From assembly GCA_034226945.1 (NCBI GenBank), contig CP120458.1:930001-994000 (forward strand): DNA of 64,000 nt. Reading direction: 5' to 3'. This DNA is from Picochlorum sp. SENEW3 (Eukaryota). This document shows, piece by piece, positions 53,509 to 64,000 of the stretch. How positions within the stretch are numbered: the stretch's first letter is position 1; each line of letters begins with the position of its first letter. Position numbers and translations under genes: made by a program. The notes under the pieces were generated by a model. It was given only the letters and a program-made list of their open reading frames with translations. It searched no databases and was not told the DNA's origin.

Positions 53509-56500
53509 TCACTGAGGAGCCCTCAGAACGGCATGGAGGAGACTGTCGATTTCATGCTGACGTAGAGTCTCAGAAGATACATTTCCAGCGAGGGTAGTTG
53601 CTGCTTCTTCGTCTCCTTGGCCAAGGAGATTGTCTTCTTCTTCCCCAGCAGAGGAGGAGTGGGTATCATTCATGGAATGATCCTGCTGTTCTTCAGAGAA
53701 CAAGTCCTGTCGCTTCTTCTGCAAATGGAGGACTTGTTCTTCTATCGTCCCACCTACGATGAGCCGAACGATATGAACATCTCTTTGCTGACCGATTCTG
53801 TGAACTCTTGAGATGGCTTGCTGCTCTATGGCCGGATCGATTGATGGTTCCAAGAGAAAGACGTGATTTGCTCTCACAAGGGTCAAGCCTGCATCCATTG
53901 GAATTTTACATCACTGTGAGATACATGCCGTACGAATCACATAGTGTTTTTTCTTTTGGTATCATACCTTGGGCTCCAGCTTTCTGTGCAATCAGGAAAA
54001 CTTTGATATCTTCATTCTCCCGGAATGATTGAATGGCATGTCCAGCATCCTGCAGTGCAATATTTCAAACCAGATCAGATGTTGATACCAATGGCTCTGC
54101 TTTACCAACTCGACAATTACCTTTGATCTCCCATACAAATGCACGTGAGGGATTTCGTGGGCTTTTAAAGCCAATGAGACGACTTTCAACGCATCTGTGA
54201 ACTGACTGAACACAAGGCTCTTCTCATGAGGGGCTGATATTTTCAAGGCAAGTAATCTCCGCACTAGAGCTGATATTTTTATACTCCAATCTGAATTCGT
54301 CGATACAGTTGATATGATAGGGTCCTCTGCTCCTGTGGGATCTAGATCATTATCGGGTGACCCATGGCGATTTCTAGTGTGAGCAGCAACTCGCAGTACG
54401 TGCCTATGAGAGCATTTGGCCCTGCATATGGGGCATACTGCAGATTTGGTTCCACGAAAAAGATGGTCGCTACATTCGCGGCAGAATGCATGGCCACATG
54501 AAGACCATAAACATAAATCACCATCCACATCAGCCATGCAAACTGGGCATTCAACACCAGGAGATTTGGTCTCCACTTTTGCTGGTCCAAATGAGTCTTC
54601 CTGGACGATGGTCTCCTTTTTCATGCCGCCCGACTCATCTTTTTTTATAGTAACGGAAGAATTTCCATCCACTTCATTCAACCTGTTTGCCATGAATGCT
54701 TTCTTGTGCTGCAAATCTTGAGCTGCTTCTTTGTACTCTTCAACCTTCTTGAGCAGTTTATCAATCTGCTTTAGATTCTTGATGGGATACTCGGTTGCAG
54801 CCTTTTCCACATCAACCTCAATGTCATTCAAAATGGATTTCTTTAGACGAACGGTTGCAGATGACGTGTGCCTATCCCGTAAAAGTCGAAGAAATTCCAA
54901 AATCTTGCTGGTCACCTTGAACCTGGCCTCTACTGCATCCATGTGACACTTCTTCAGGAAATGCTCGTTCTCGGCAGAGATGGTCTTTGAGAGCACTTTG
55001 CATCGTTGTTGAAGTTCATGCAAAATTTTTGTGGCGCATTGATTGATGAGATACTTGATCGGTGTCTCATGTGCTGCTTCAAGTTTCTTGTCAATGTAAT
55101 ACCCAAGCCCAAGCTCTCCATTGAAGAAAGCATATCCTTTCACTCTCCCGATCCAGGAGTCTACAGGCAAGAATTCTGCGTGAGAGGAAGCACCTTCTAA
55201 AATTGCTGGATCGTCTGCGTCTCTTGGCTTTGAAAACCCGAGGGATTCTTCCAGCAGGATGTTGTCAATGGTGATGTCTGTTCCGACCTGCTCTGCAGTT
55301 GCTGCTACTTTTGCCTCTCTTGGTACAGGCAACACCTGACTAAATTGATTCAGAATAGTATCACGCTTAAATACGGTGAGCAAGTTGGCCATGCGTGCCA
55401 GCGTGTAGCGGAAGTCTCTCATAGGAACTGCTGATGCATTCTCAGTGGCCCAATCGATGCTCTCCAATATATATAGCTTTGACTGCAAAGTTCTAATGGC
55501 TTCCTCTATTTTTGCGCGCGAGATGAAACTTTCCAACGGGACAAGATCTGAGCGGACAACCTTCTCGGTCTCCGATAGGTGGGATATGACGACTGTCCCG
55601 AGCGCCTTTTCGGTGGTGCTTTGTTGGTGATTCAATTCCTCAAGCTCTTGCAAGCGCAGATGATTCAGATTCGTTTCAAAAGTTTGCCACCAGGTCCGCA
55701 CGTCCGAAATAGCACTCCATGTATCAAAAATTCTAATATTTGGATATTGGGCGATCTGCAGCACCTCGTGTTTTAGCTTTAGTTCCTGCTCCAGCAACTT
55801 TGCTTCATGAGTCATTGCATGCTCATGTTCACTCCTTGCATTACCTATATAGTCAGATGCTCGCTTCTCCCGCTCCTCTTCATACTTTTGGATTTCTGGG
55901 TGATTTTCATCTGTTTTTCGCAGCATTCGAAGCATCTGCTCTGCTGTGTTGATCTGAATGCGTCTCCAGGCTGACCATGAGCTTGCTGCCAAGGCATCTG
56001 GATCTGGAAGCTTTGCCGCATCCTCTGCGGACAAATCTACAGCTCGAATGCCTTTTTCGCTAACATTTTGAGACTTAATCAGCATCTGCTGTGCTTCATG
56101 CAAAATCTCTCCTGGACTTGAGGACGCAAAATATTTTTCTGGGGATGGCACATTTTCTCCGGGGCTATTCGGCACGTCTGTTTCACCTCTAGAAGGTTTT
56201 CTCTTCTTTTTCAGCTTGTCCAGCAAACGCATAGCCGTTGTATTTAGGTGAGCACATAGCAGTCTCTCCATCTCCTGTAAGTCGCCTTGCTCTTTGTCTA
56301 CTAGCCTCTGAAGGACCTCAGCCATTGAAGTAGTTCCTCCAGACCCTAGTTGGAGATCTCCTGCCATTTCTTGTCGCCAAAATTTTGTCAACTGAGGGTG
56401 AATACATGCCAGTCGAAGCTGATGAAGCGATGATTTCTCCTCTTCTTGGAGCTTATGAACTCTTTTCTCGAACGCTTTCTTGGTTGCTGCGGTGTCATGC

Positions 56501-58497
56501 TCCATGACAACTTGCAATGATTCAACAGCAACTTCAAGAGAAGTATGTGCCTGGCGAGCCTTCTCAACAAGTTGAGAATACAATTCTGACTCCCCTGGCT
56601 GCAACTTTAAAGGAACAAAATGCAAAGAACGTGGTGGAAGACTGAATTCGGTGCGGACAGTCATCTTGTCTGTCCTCCACATAACTGGAAGCAGGAGTTT
56701 GACCAATCGGGCCCAGCTGCTCTGCCTGGCATGCTGTGTACTGCTAGGGCTCTTTAGACCAGATACGACCATCTTCCTCCATACTGTATCAAATCGCATG
56801 TCCACCATACCCAGAAACGATAACAAGGCCTTCAGGTCTGACAATTCATTTGAAGACTGCATGGGTGTCCCTGTGACACACCACCTGTTGTGTGCCAAGA
56901 TTTTATCAGTCATCTGTGAAACCTGACTGAATGATCCAATCATTTGAGCTTCATCTGCCACCATACGAAAAAAATCAATCTTCAGTAAAGCACAATCTGG
57001 TACCAGATATCGCTTTGCGTTCCGGAGTGGCCTATCATTCTTTGACGAGTCATAATGAATTTCACTCTTCAAGACATCAAATGACGTCAATACCACGTCA
57101 GCAACTGCGATTCTTCTAGCCTCCTTCAGAACAACTTCACTAGGATCTTCACAAGGCTGAGGTTGTCCCGCTGCTCTTGCCGCATACATTTGGGCTTCTC
57201 GCACCATGGCTTCTGTTAGTGCCCCATATTTTTTCCTGGATAAGCCAGCCAAAAAATGATCCACAGACTTTTGCATTCCTTCTTGACTGACTGCCAAATC
57301 AGTTTCTTCTCTTTTTCTCTTCTCTTCTCGATCCAACTCACGCCGAATACCATCATACACTTCGACTTTCAACGATCCTCCAGCATGGTTTTGCAGCTCG
57401 CTTGCCCATTGCTGTAACAATGCTGGGGGACAAACCACCAGAGTCCCACCGGACAATTTTCCATGCTCCTTTTTCGTTTTCCTATGGATGGACTCTGCTT
57501 GTTTTGATGCGAGGACGAGGGCAATAATTTCCACAGTCTTGCCCAGCCCCATTTCATCACACAACAACCCCCCAGCTGGAGCAAACTGCACATCACACTC
57601 TGATTCTGACACAAACCGCCCAGAGAAATACTCGAAATAAAGAATAGAATCTTTCATGACAACTGGAACAAATCTAATCGAGGGAGCACACTCCGCCCGA
57701 ACGCTGGATCCATCCACAAAATCATCATCAGTCTGCCCAGACTCTCTATGCAACATCCAAGCTAGTGCGCGCTTCTGATACTTATAGAGACTACATTTCA
57801 ATCCAGCAGGGTCCTGATACTCTTTCTGCCAATCTGAGGGCTTGATAACATTGAATATATTATCTCGAAGATTTGATCCAGCCTGCTCCTTTGTAAGGAA
57901 AAAATTGTTCAGCTTGCTCAATCGACCAAAACTTCTATGCAAGCCCTCTGGATACTCATAGTGCGGAAAACTATCAATTGTTTGAACCAGCTTTTGAATA
58001 TGCTGAACTTCTTTTTGCGCAACACATCTCGATGAATCAATCAATTCCTGTGTAAATGCAATATCGATTCGAAAGTGTGGGATGTCCCTGTTCTGCACAT
58101 GATGAACACCAGACATGTCGCCTTGCGCAGGAATGAAGCCCATCTCATGCAACACAATCTCAACAAAGATCAAATTCCTTCGAATCAACCATTTCAAGCT
58201 GGCCAACAAGGGAGCATCTCGGACCAAAATATTTGAATGCCCATCCTGCACAACAGGCAAACATTGCTTGGCCTCTCCTCCACCTCCCTGTCGAACGCAC
58301 ATAGCATCCCGATGCTCAACGGATATCCACTTCTTGTCAATCTGATCAGCACGAACATTGAACACAATCTGCTCAGACCCCTCTCCATCCCCATCAGATC
58401 GTGTACTAGTAGTAGTAGTCCTTTCCTCTGCTGCTGAAGAGGGAAGGAGTTGAACGAGCGTCTTGTACGCATCTCTATTCTCCCTGCAACAGGCCAA
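53509..58497 (-). CDS. SNF2-family helicase with RING finger (SHPRH/RAD5/RAD16-like E3 ligase), multi-exon; 5' end unresolved
   Basis: LYKYQ, GGLLCDEMGLGKT, TLVVCP..QW..E, DEAQ, WCVTGTP, CIHP, RING CPVC..CGHAFC..C..CPICR, KSLVFSQF, spliced GLTLVRANHV..QAISRVHRIGQ. Confidence 0.9.
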
Positions 58498-58889
58498 GAT
58501 CCATCAACTCATGCAAAAACGTAGACATATACCCATGAATAAACGTACAGTGAATCCAAAGGAAAGTATCCCACCTTTCCCGGCACTTGTTGGTCGTTTG
58601 TCATGCTTCTTTCACATGTCCAAGCCAAAGGCGTTCTTCCCAACTCTACCCATCATCACAGCCCATGAAGACTGGTAGTACATTATTCCTAATGTAAATT
58701 CTTTTCTGGATTCTGATGCATACTTGAATTCAAATGGAAATAGCACTGCATTTTAATTCACTACGAATGCTCTTTTAAGTAGAAGGGCTTTCCCAGGATG
58801 GATGGATTCCGATGCATCCATCAAAATGGCAGAATATTGGATTTGGTGCCCACTGCAGTGTCATTATTAATATCTATTGATGCAATTTA

Positions 58890-59756
58890 ATGGCATCTGA
58901 ACTGGTAATATGCCGCTCAGTTCGGCGGCATTTGCAAACCTTGGGGTACCATGCAGTTCCAACTCAGAAGGAGAGCGAATGCCGAGTTGAAGACATCCAT
59001 CGGCACGTATTTGATAGACTTAATGATACAAGATGGATACAAGAGGTAGTAGTATGGTTGGAAGATACAAAGATTCGGCATTATGACATTGACGACAGGA
59101 GGGGGCTCAAGTCGACAGATGCCACGGTGTGGCAGGAGGCTGTCGGCAAGTATGTGAAGGAATTGAATTGCCCAGTACCAGAGGATTCATCCTCTGATAC
59201 TCAGCCTCGTGCATTGTCAGTGCATGCATTTGTATGGTTGTTGGGGTATGCTGTTGGAGTGGCATACGAAGATGGTGAAGACTATGATGATGTGTTGACC
59301 AAGCACGTGATGCACGCTGGTATTCAGCCAGAGTCGTATGAGCCTAAAACCATATTAGATGATATTGATACGGATGAGGCCCGCGAGGCGTTGAGATCTG
59401 TGTGTAGTATTCTTGGTGTGAAGACATCTGGTGAGATTACTGTGGAGGGTCTGAGTAGGTGTCTGTACAGAGTAGAGCACGAGATTGTTCCCGTTCTTCG
59501 TCGAAAAGGTGACATGAGTTTTTCATTAGATGACGATCAGAAGATACGCCAGGTGATCCCTCTTGGGTTTCAAACAGGAGATGAGCAGGTTGATTTGGCT
59601 GCACGGGTGTTACGAATACTTCATATTAAAGAATTGAGGCGGCTGCAGAACGCTATAGATGACGCGATAGTCGCCCATCAGGAGGTGACGGCAAATCCAA
59701 GGACAGAAACTGGGCGAGGCAATACCAAGAAGAAGAAGAACAAAATGGCCTCATGA
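58890..59756 (+). CDS. RTRAF: RTRAF/C14orf166 (RLL-motif, tRNA ligase complex) homologue
   Basis: VVWLEDTKIRHY..DR..L, PLGF.TGD..AARVLRILHIKELRRLQ..Q..TANPRT. Confidence 0.85.
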   Translation: MASELVICRSVRRHLQTLGYHAVPTQKESECRVEDIHRHVFDRLNDTRWIQEVVVWLEDTKIRHYDIDDRRGLKSTDATVWQEAVGKYVKELNCPVPEDSSSDTQPRALSVHAFVWLLGYAVGVAYEDGEDYDDVLTKHVMHAGIQPESYEPKTILDDIDTDEAREALRSVCSILGVKTSGEITVEGLSRCLYRVEHEIVPVLRRKGDMSFSLDDDQKIRQVIPLGFQTGDEQVDLAARVLRILHIKELRRLQNAIDDAIVAHQEVTANPRTETGRGNTKKKKNKMAS

Positions 59757-59763
59757 TGATGAG

Positions 59764-61407
59764 TTACCATTCGCCTTCCTCGGCATCTTCACTCAGCTCT
59801 TCTTCTTCCTCATGGGTGTCTGGGTCGTAGGTTTCAAGATACTCCAAGAAATCTTCTTTTCTCATGGTATCTGTTCCCCAAAAGTCTTCTAATGCCTCCT
59901 CTGAGTATCCTGCTAACTGGCTTTTTAAAATCTCTGGATCTAGTGCGCGAGTTTTGGTGACGATATCTGAATTCCATATTTTCAGGCCATCAAAGTTAAA
60001 CTCTGTCGACCATCCATCTACGAAATAAAAGTATTCCCATCCTCTTTGTCGTCTCATACCACTCCCTTTGAGTATTTTTAGCTCAAAATCCTCGACGCTC
60101 TTGGTCGCATAGTGATGGATGACTAATCTATCATGAACGGGGAAATCACTCGCTGTTGCTCCTTCGATGGGACTCGTGTCTGTTCTGACTGCAGGATTTG
60201 AACAATTGTATCCAAATGAGTGAGGAGAGTCTGCTGTTCCAACTGTACAGCGAGTATTCACGATTGATTTGACAAACAAATGATGGGTATGCTTGAGAGG
60301 TAGGCATCGTATGTAACTCCGTAGAACACTCCTCAGAGGCTTTGTATCATGCCCAGAGGAACCAAAGAGTATCCAGTGAACCGCTAAAGCGCTGTACTTT
60401 TCAAATTCTGGCAAAAATGCTGGAAGACTCTGAATCGGATGGGTATTCCTAAATATTAAAAATTCGTCCACATCCATAAAGACAAGCCAATGGTGATCAG
60501 GACCATGATCCCTCAAGCATTTTTCATATGCGTAGAGTTGAGGCGATAGTCCATCAACATGACCTTTTTGATCCAGTCGTTCATACACAACACGCCCATC
60601 TACTATATACTGCTTGAGAAACTCATCAAGGGGTGGAATACTCTGATGATCATATAAGTAAATGGGATGTATATCTAGAGAGAGGTGGTGATTCACCCAT
60701 TCCACAATGTAATCATGTTCATCACGAACTACTAAACATGCTGCCACGTAGCTTTCTCCGTCGTTGTATGCGACAGACTCGGGCACAAGATACAGTGAGC
60801 TTGTGAGGTCCATCGGCGGTGACTGCTTTCTCAAATGCTCCTGGCGCTTCTGCTGTCTCCATTCTGCAAATGTTGGCTTCTCTGGCATGGGAGTCCCCTC
60901 GAAAGATGGCAGCGCATGGGCCTTTGTATTCGAACTTGGTACGTCATCAGTGCCCTTGCCATGTCCTCCACGTGTTGCAGAGAATCCCTTTCTCTCAGGT
61001 GCCCTATCAAATGCATGCTCAGCGTCGTTTCCACGAGTCTCCCCGTCCGTGTCATCATCGTAATGGTCTATAATGGCATCAATATTGACATCTCGCGATA
61101 CCTCTTCATCGTAATCAGATTGAGCAAATGGAAACCCGCGCTGCCTTGTCGACTCGTCGCCCCCTGCTTCCTCCTCTTCAAACAACCCTTCAAAGTCAGA
61201 TCCCCGCAGCCACGTATTCTCAGATATATAATCCATAGAAGTATCATCGTCTCGCTCGCCCTTCACGCGTCGATCGGAGCGACGAACGTCATCATTGTCA
61301 AACTGAAAAAGGTCCCTCACAGGTCTCCTTGACAGCGCCCCAGTCGCTCTGCCCACCGGAAGCACCACAGGAACCAGAAGAGATAAAAAAAATAGTATGC
61401 TATACAT
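59764..61407 (-). CDS. Glycosyltransferase family 92/GT-A-like type II membrane protein
   Basis: N-terminal signal/anchor; ACLVVRDE..EWVNHH..YLYD, QLYAYEKC, WLVFMDVDEF (DxD), W..FGSSG, KSIV, HHYATKS. Confidence 0.85.
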   Translation of the reverse strand: MYSILFFLSLLVPVVLPVGRATGALSRRPVRDLFQFDNDDVRRSDRRVKGERDDDTSMDYISENTWLRGSDFEGLFEEEEAGGDESTRQRGFPFAQSDYDEEVSRDVNIDAIIDHYDDDTDGETRGNDAEHAFDRAPERKGFSATRGGHGKGTDDVPSSNTKAHALPSFEGTPMPEKPTFAEWRQQKRQEHLRKQSPPMDLTSSLYLVPESVAYNDGESYVAACLVVRDEHDYIVEWVNHHLSLDIHPIYLYDHQSIPPLDEFLKQYIVDGRVVYERLDQKGHVDGLSPQLYAYEKCLRDHGPDHHWLVFMDVDEFLIFRNTHPIQSLPAFLPEFEKYSALAVHWILFGSSGHDTKPLRSVLRSYIRCLPLKHTHHLFVKSIVNTRCTVGTADSPHSFGYNCSNPAVRTDTSPIEGATASDFPVHDRLVIHHYATKSVEDFELKILKGSGMRRQRGWEYFYFVDGWSTEFNFDGLKIWNSDIVTKTRALDPEILKSQLAGYSEEALEDFWGTDTMRKEDFLEYLETYDPDTHEEEEELSEDAEEGEW

Positions 61408-61803
61408 GCAGAACTTCCATCTAGACTCCCTTTACATGCACAAGACGAGTGATAGCCACGCGAGTCGTTGGGCACACGACGGTATCACAGTTTTTCCCAT
61501 TACATGACGTATATTCATGATACGCCGATTTATACACAATACTTGCTTATTAAAGATGAGATCTTGGCATTCAGAATATACTGGAAGACTCGTCTTTCGA
61601 CGATCAAGACTCGTAAGACGATTACAGAAGAGTCCCGGATCTCTCACAAGATCTCGAGATCTCAAGATGTAGATCTCTGAGAGCCAGGGAGAGATCTACC
61701 TGTAGATGGATATCTTCCTAGGAGCGATCGGATCAAATTGATCGCATTATTTCATTTCAATGTGTCGTATTATTTAACTGGATGATGCATCGGAAGATTT
61801 AGG

Positions 61804-62783
61804 ATGGCTATTTCTGACAAACAGGCTGTTGAGCGGCGAACCATGATGGTTGCACGGGAGCTGATGCTGCCTGGAGGCATGTTTTCCTTATTTGGGACTC
61901 TATTAATGATATTTGAATACATAATAATGATTTGAAGCACCCGTATTGTAGGTGGAGGCAGGGAACCAGTCCTTGTGAATTTGAATGATCCGAAAACAGG
62001 TGGGTTCTCTGGGTCCTTGAGACGGGTTTTGATCCGTCAAATCATGAGCATTGCTGTATTGTAGGAGAGAAGCGACAGTTTATGGTCACTGGGACTCATA
62101 TACAGGAATGTAATGTGGTGAAGAAGAAATTTAGCTCTTGGTTTGTTGATGACTCTATTATTCAGGATGGTTCCCTGTACATCTGGACACCGATTCATAT
62201 AGTATTCCTTGTTCTGCCAGCACTAGAGAAAGCAAGAGAACAGGGGACATTTTGTGGTATAGATCATATTGTAGAGTGCCTCGATTGTGGCAGTGATGCA
62301 TTTGCTGTGATGGACATTGTTCGTGCACAGCAGCAAAAGTTGCAGAATGTGTGCGAGTTCAAAGAAAATGGCGGTGAATTGTATTACAAACTCAATGACG
62401 ATAAAATGAAGGCATGGCTTCAGGGGAGGGTTGTGCGGCTGGAAAATGATTTGAAGAAGAAGGATGATGCATTTGGGAGTCTGTCTGATGCAGCATTGCA
62501 TCTGTATAGTGTTGGCATGGTGTCTGAATATCTCTCTGATGTTTGGAGTGAGGCATTGTATGAACTCTATAACCTCGAGAAGCCTGCTGCAGTGCCTGAA
62601 TCCAATGTTGTAGATGATGTGATTGTGCAGAAGGAAGTTAAAAAGCCACGAGTTGATCCAAAGCAGCTTCAAAAGGCTCGAGCATTGGAGGCAAAGAAAG
62701 AGGCCAAGGCAAAAAAGCTCGCCAAGGAGTCTGCTGGTATGAAAAAAATGAGTGCCTTTTTTAGTGTTAAGAAAAAGAAGTAA
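61804..62783 (+). CDS. RNASEH2B: Ribonuclease H2 subunit B; 3 exons (introns 61877-61951 GC-AG, 62000-62064)
   Basis: Spliced LNDPKT|GEKRQF, SWFVDD..DGSLY..TPIH, YKLNDDK..WL, C-terminal PIP box MKKMSAFF. Confidence 0.85.
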
Positions 62784-62942
62784 AATGTAGATCATGTAGC
62801 TATAATTCTAGGACAGAACTGATGTTGACCAAAATCAGGTGAAAACAAAAAAAATTGCCTGAAGAGTGAACACTGCTGCCATCATATCATCGTCCACCGT
62901 ATTGTATCGTCTCAATACTTTTCATCTGGATATGCATCTGCG

Positions 62943-64000
62943 CTACGGTCTATTTGCTCCCTGAGGCCTGTTCCCTTCTTGGGGTCTGTTCCCTGCTCCT
63001 GCAGGTGAATTGACGGGATCGGATGCGCCACCTGGTTCCATGTCATACGAGGGAGCGGAATCCTCATTCGAGGTATACGAGTATGGACAATTCTCCACTG
63101 TACTCATCTGTACAGGAAAGTCATCCCATTCCAAATTGAGGCTTGAAAAGTCATATTGTAATTAATACATTAATATTGAAAAATGCAATATACTACCATC
63201 TAATTCACACAAATTCATGCGTAGGTTTACTACTTCAACATTCAAATTCACCTAGGCCTGTTTCACTGCCTTCCTTGCTTAATGCAGTTTCTGTCTTAAG
63301 GACTGACGACCTCACCCGCTCTACACTCATGATTCTCGTCTTGGCACTCACACCACTAGTAGGCAGTGCATTATGCCGTGTACCCGGTGGCATAAATGGC
63401 TCCAAAGACGACCATATCCATTTGAAGAAGCCTTTGAAGGTGAGTCTGCGAATTTCCCAGTCCTCCAGGGGTCTCACAAAATCTACAGAACGCTTCCCTT
63501 CAAAGAAATCTAAAGGCTCTGGTGTACCATGAGAGGTTCGAGCAGGAATATTCTGAGGCTCTGACAATGTCCTAAATTCCCATTCTGCGGTGACGGTGAA
63601 TAAGATGAAATTTCTAAAATAATTGGACACGGCTGGCCCACAGTTACATGCCAAGTCATTCAAGGCATAAATGCTCCATTCAAATACTACACAGTCCGCA
63701 TCAGCGACCACTTCAAAGGAACCTTTGTTTTCAAAACCTGTAAATAAAGGATTATATGCTTGGATGAGATAATCATGTAGTAGACACCACACATGGACAC
63801 AACGCACCGATATACACGCCAAAAACGTTGAGCAGGCCTATATCAAACGCCATCCCACTATAAAAGTTTGCTGTGCTCAAAACACCGTCTTTTTCATTTC
63901 TAATACAATGAGCTTTTCCTTCAATAAGAAGAACAAAGGTGTCGGTGGCTTGCTGTCTGTCGACAATTTTCTCCCCAGCTTTGACTTTTCGAAACTTTCC
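62943..64000 (-). CDS. cNMP-binding/Popeye-like domain protein, 5'-partial, multi-exon (intron ~63740-63807; 3' splicing uncertain)
   Basis: GKFRKVKAGEKIV..FVLLIEGKA..FYSGMAFD..VYI|GFENKGSFEVVADADCVVFEWS resembles the Popeye/CNB fold. Confidence 0.5.

Noticed and set aside
53509..53511. Selenocysteine readthrough of the helicase TGA
   Set aside because: No redox-motif context and no SECIS-like element seen downstream. Splicing or a separate start is simpler.
4769..62783. A DNA-repair gene cluster (3'-phosphatase, p44, HIRAN, SNF2, RNase H2B)
   Set aside because: The genes are dispersed among unrelated housekeeping genes; expected by chance in a gene-dense genome.
1..64000. CRISPR arrays, transposases, rRNA/tRNA genes, prokaryotic origin
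   Set aside because: No spaced direct repeats, transposase/RT motifs or RNA gene signatures seen. Spliceosomal introns and gene content are eukaryotic.

Overview
Eukaryotic nuclear DNA from a very compact, intron-poor green algal genome. Plastid-targeted genes (ARC6-like, PHT4-like, starch phosphorylase), short ~65-170 nt GT-AG introns, TGTAA poly(A)-type signals and a selenoprotein suggest a trebouxiophyte such as Picochlorum (inference). About 40 protein-coding genes are packed with tiny intergenic gaps. I could not support any rRNA, tRNA, CRISPR array or mobile element. Several gene models were rebuilt by eye across introns. Main points of interest: (1) a glutathione peroxidase with an in-frame TGA at the catalytic position and a long 3'-UTR hairpin carrying an atypical SECIS-like core; (2) a SNF2-RING helicase separated by one TGA from an in-frame HIRAN ORF, where a plausible 87-nt intron would fuse them; (3) a DNA 3'-phosphatase fused to a Pol-beta-type 8-kDa HhH domain; (4) a surface protein with two bacterial-type solute-binding domains; (5) recurrent chains of perfect, GATC-rich palindromes upstream of genes; (6) a GC-rich fold-back beside TATA palindromes; (7) very short same-strand gaps and overlapping convergent genes. 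All domain calls come from motif recognition, not database searches.
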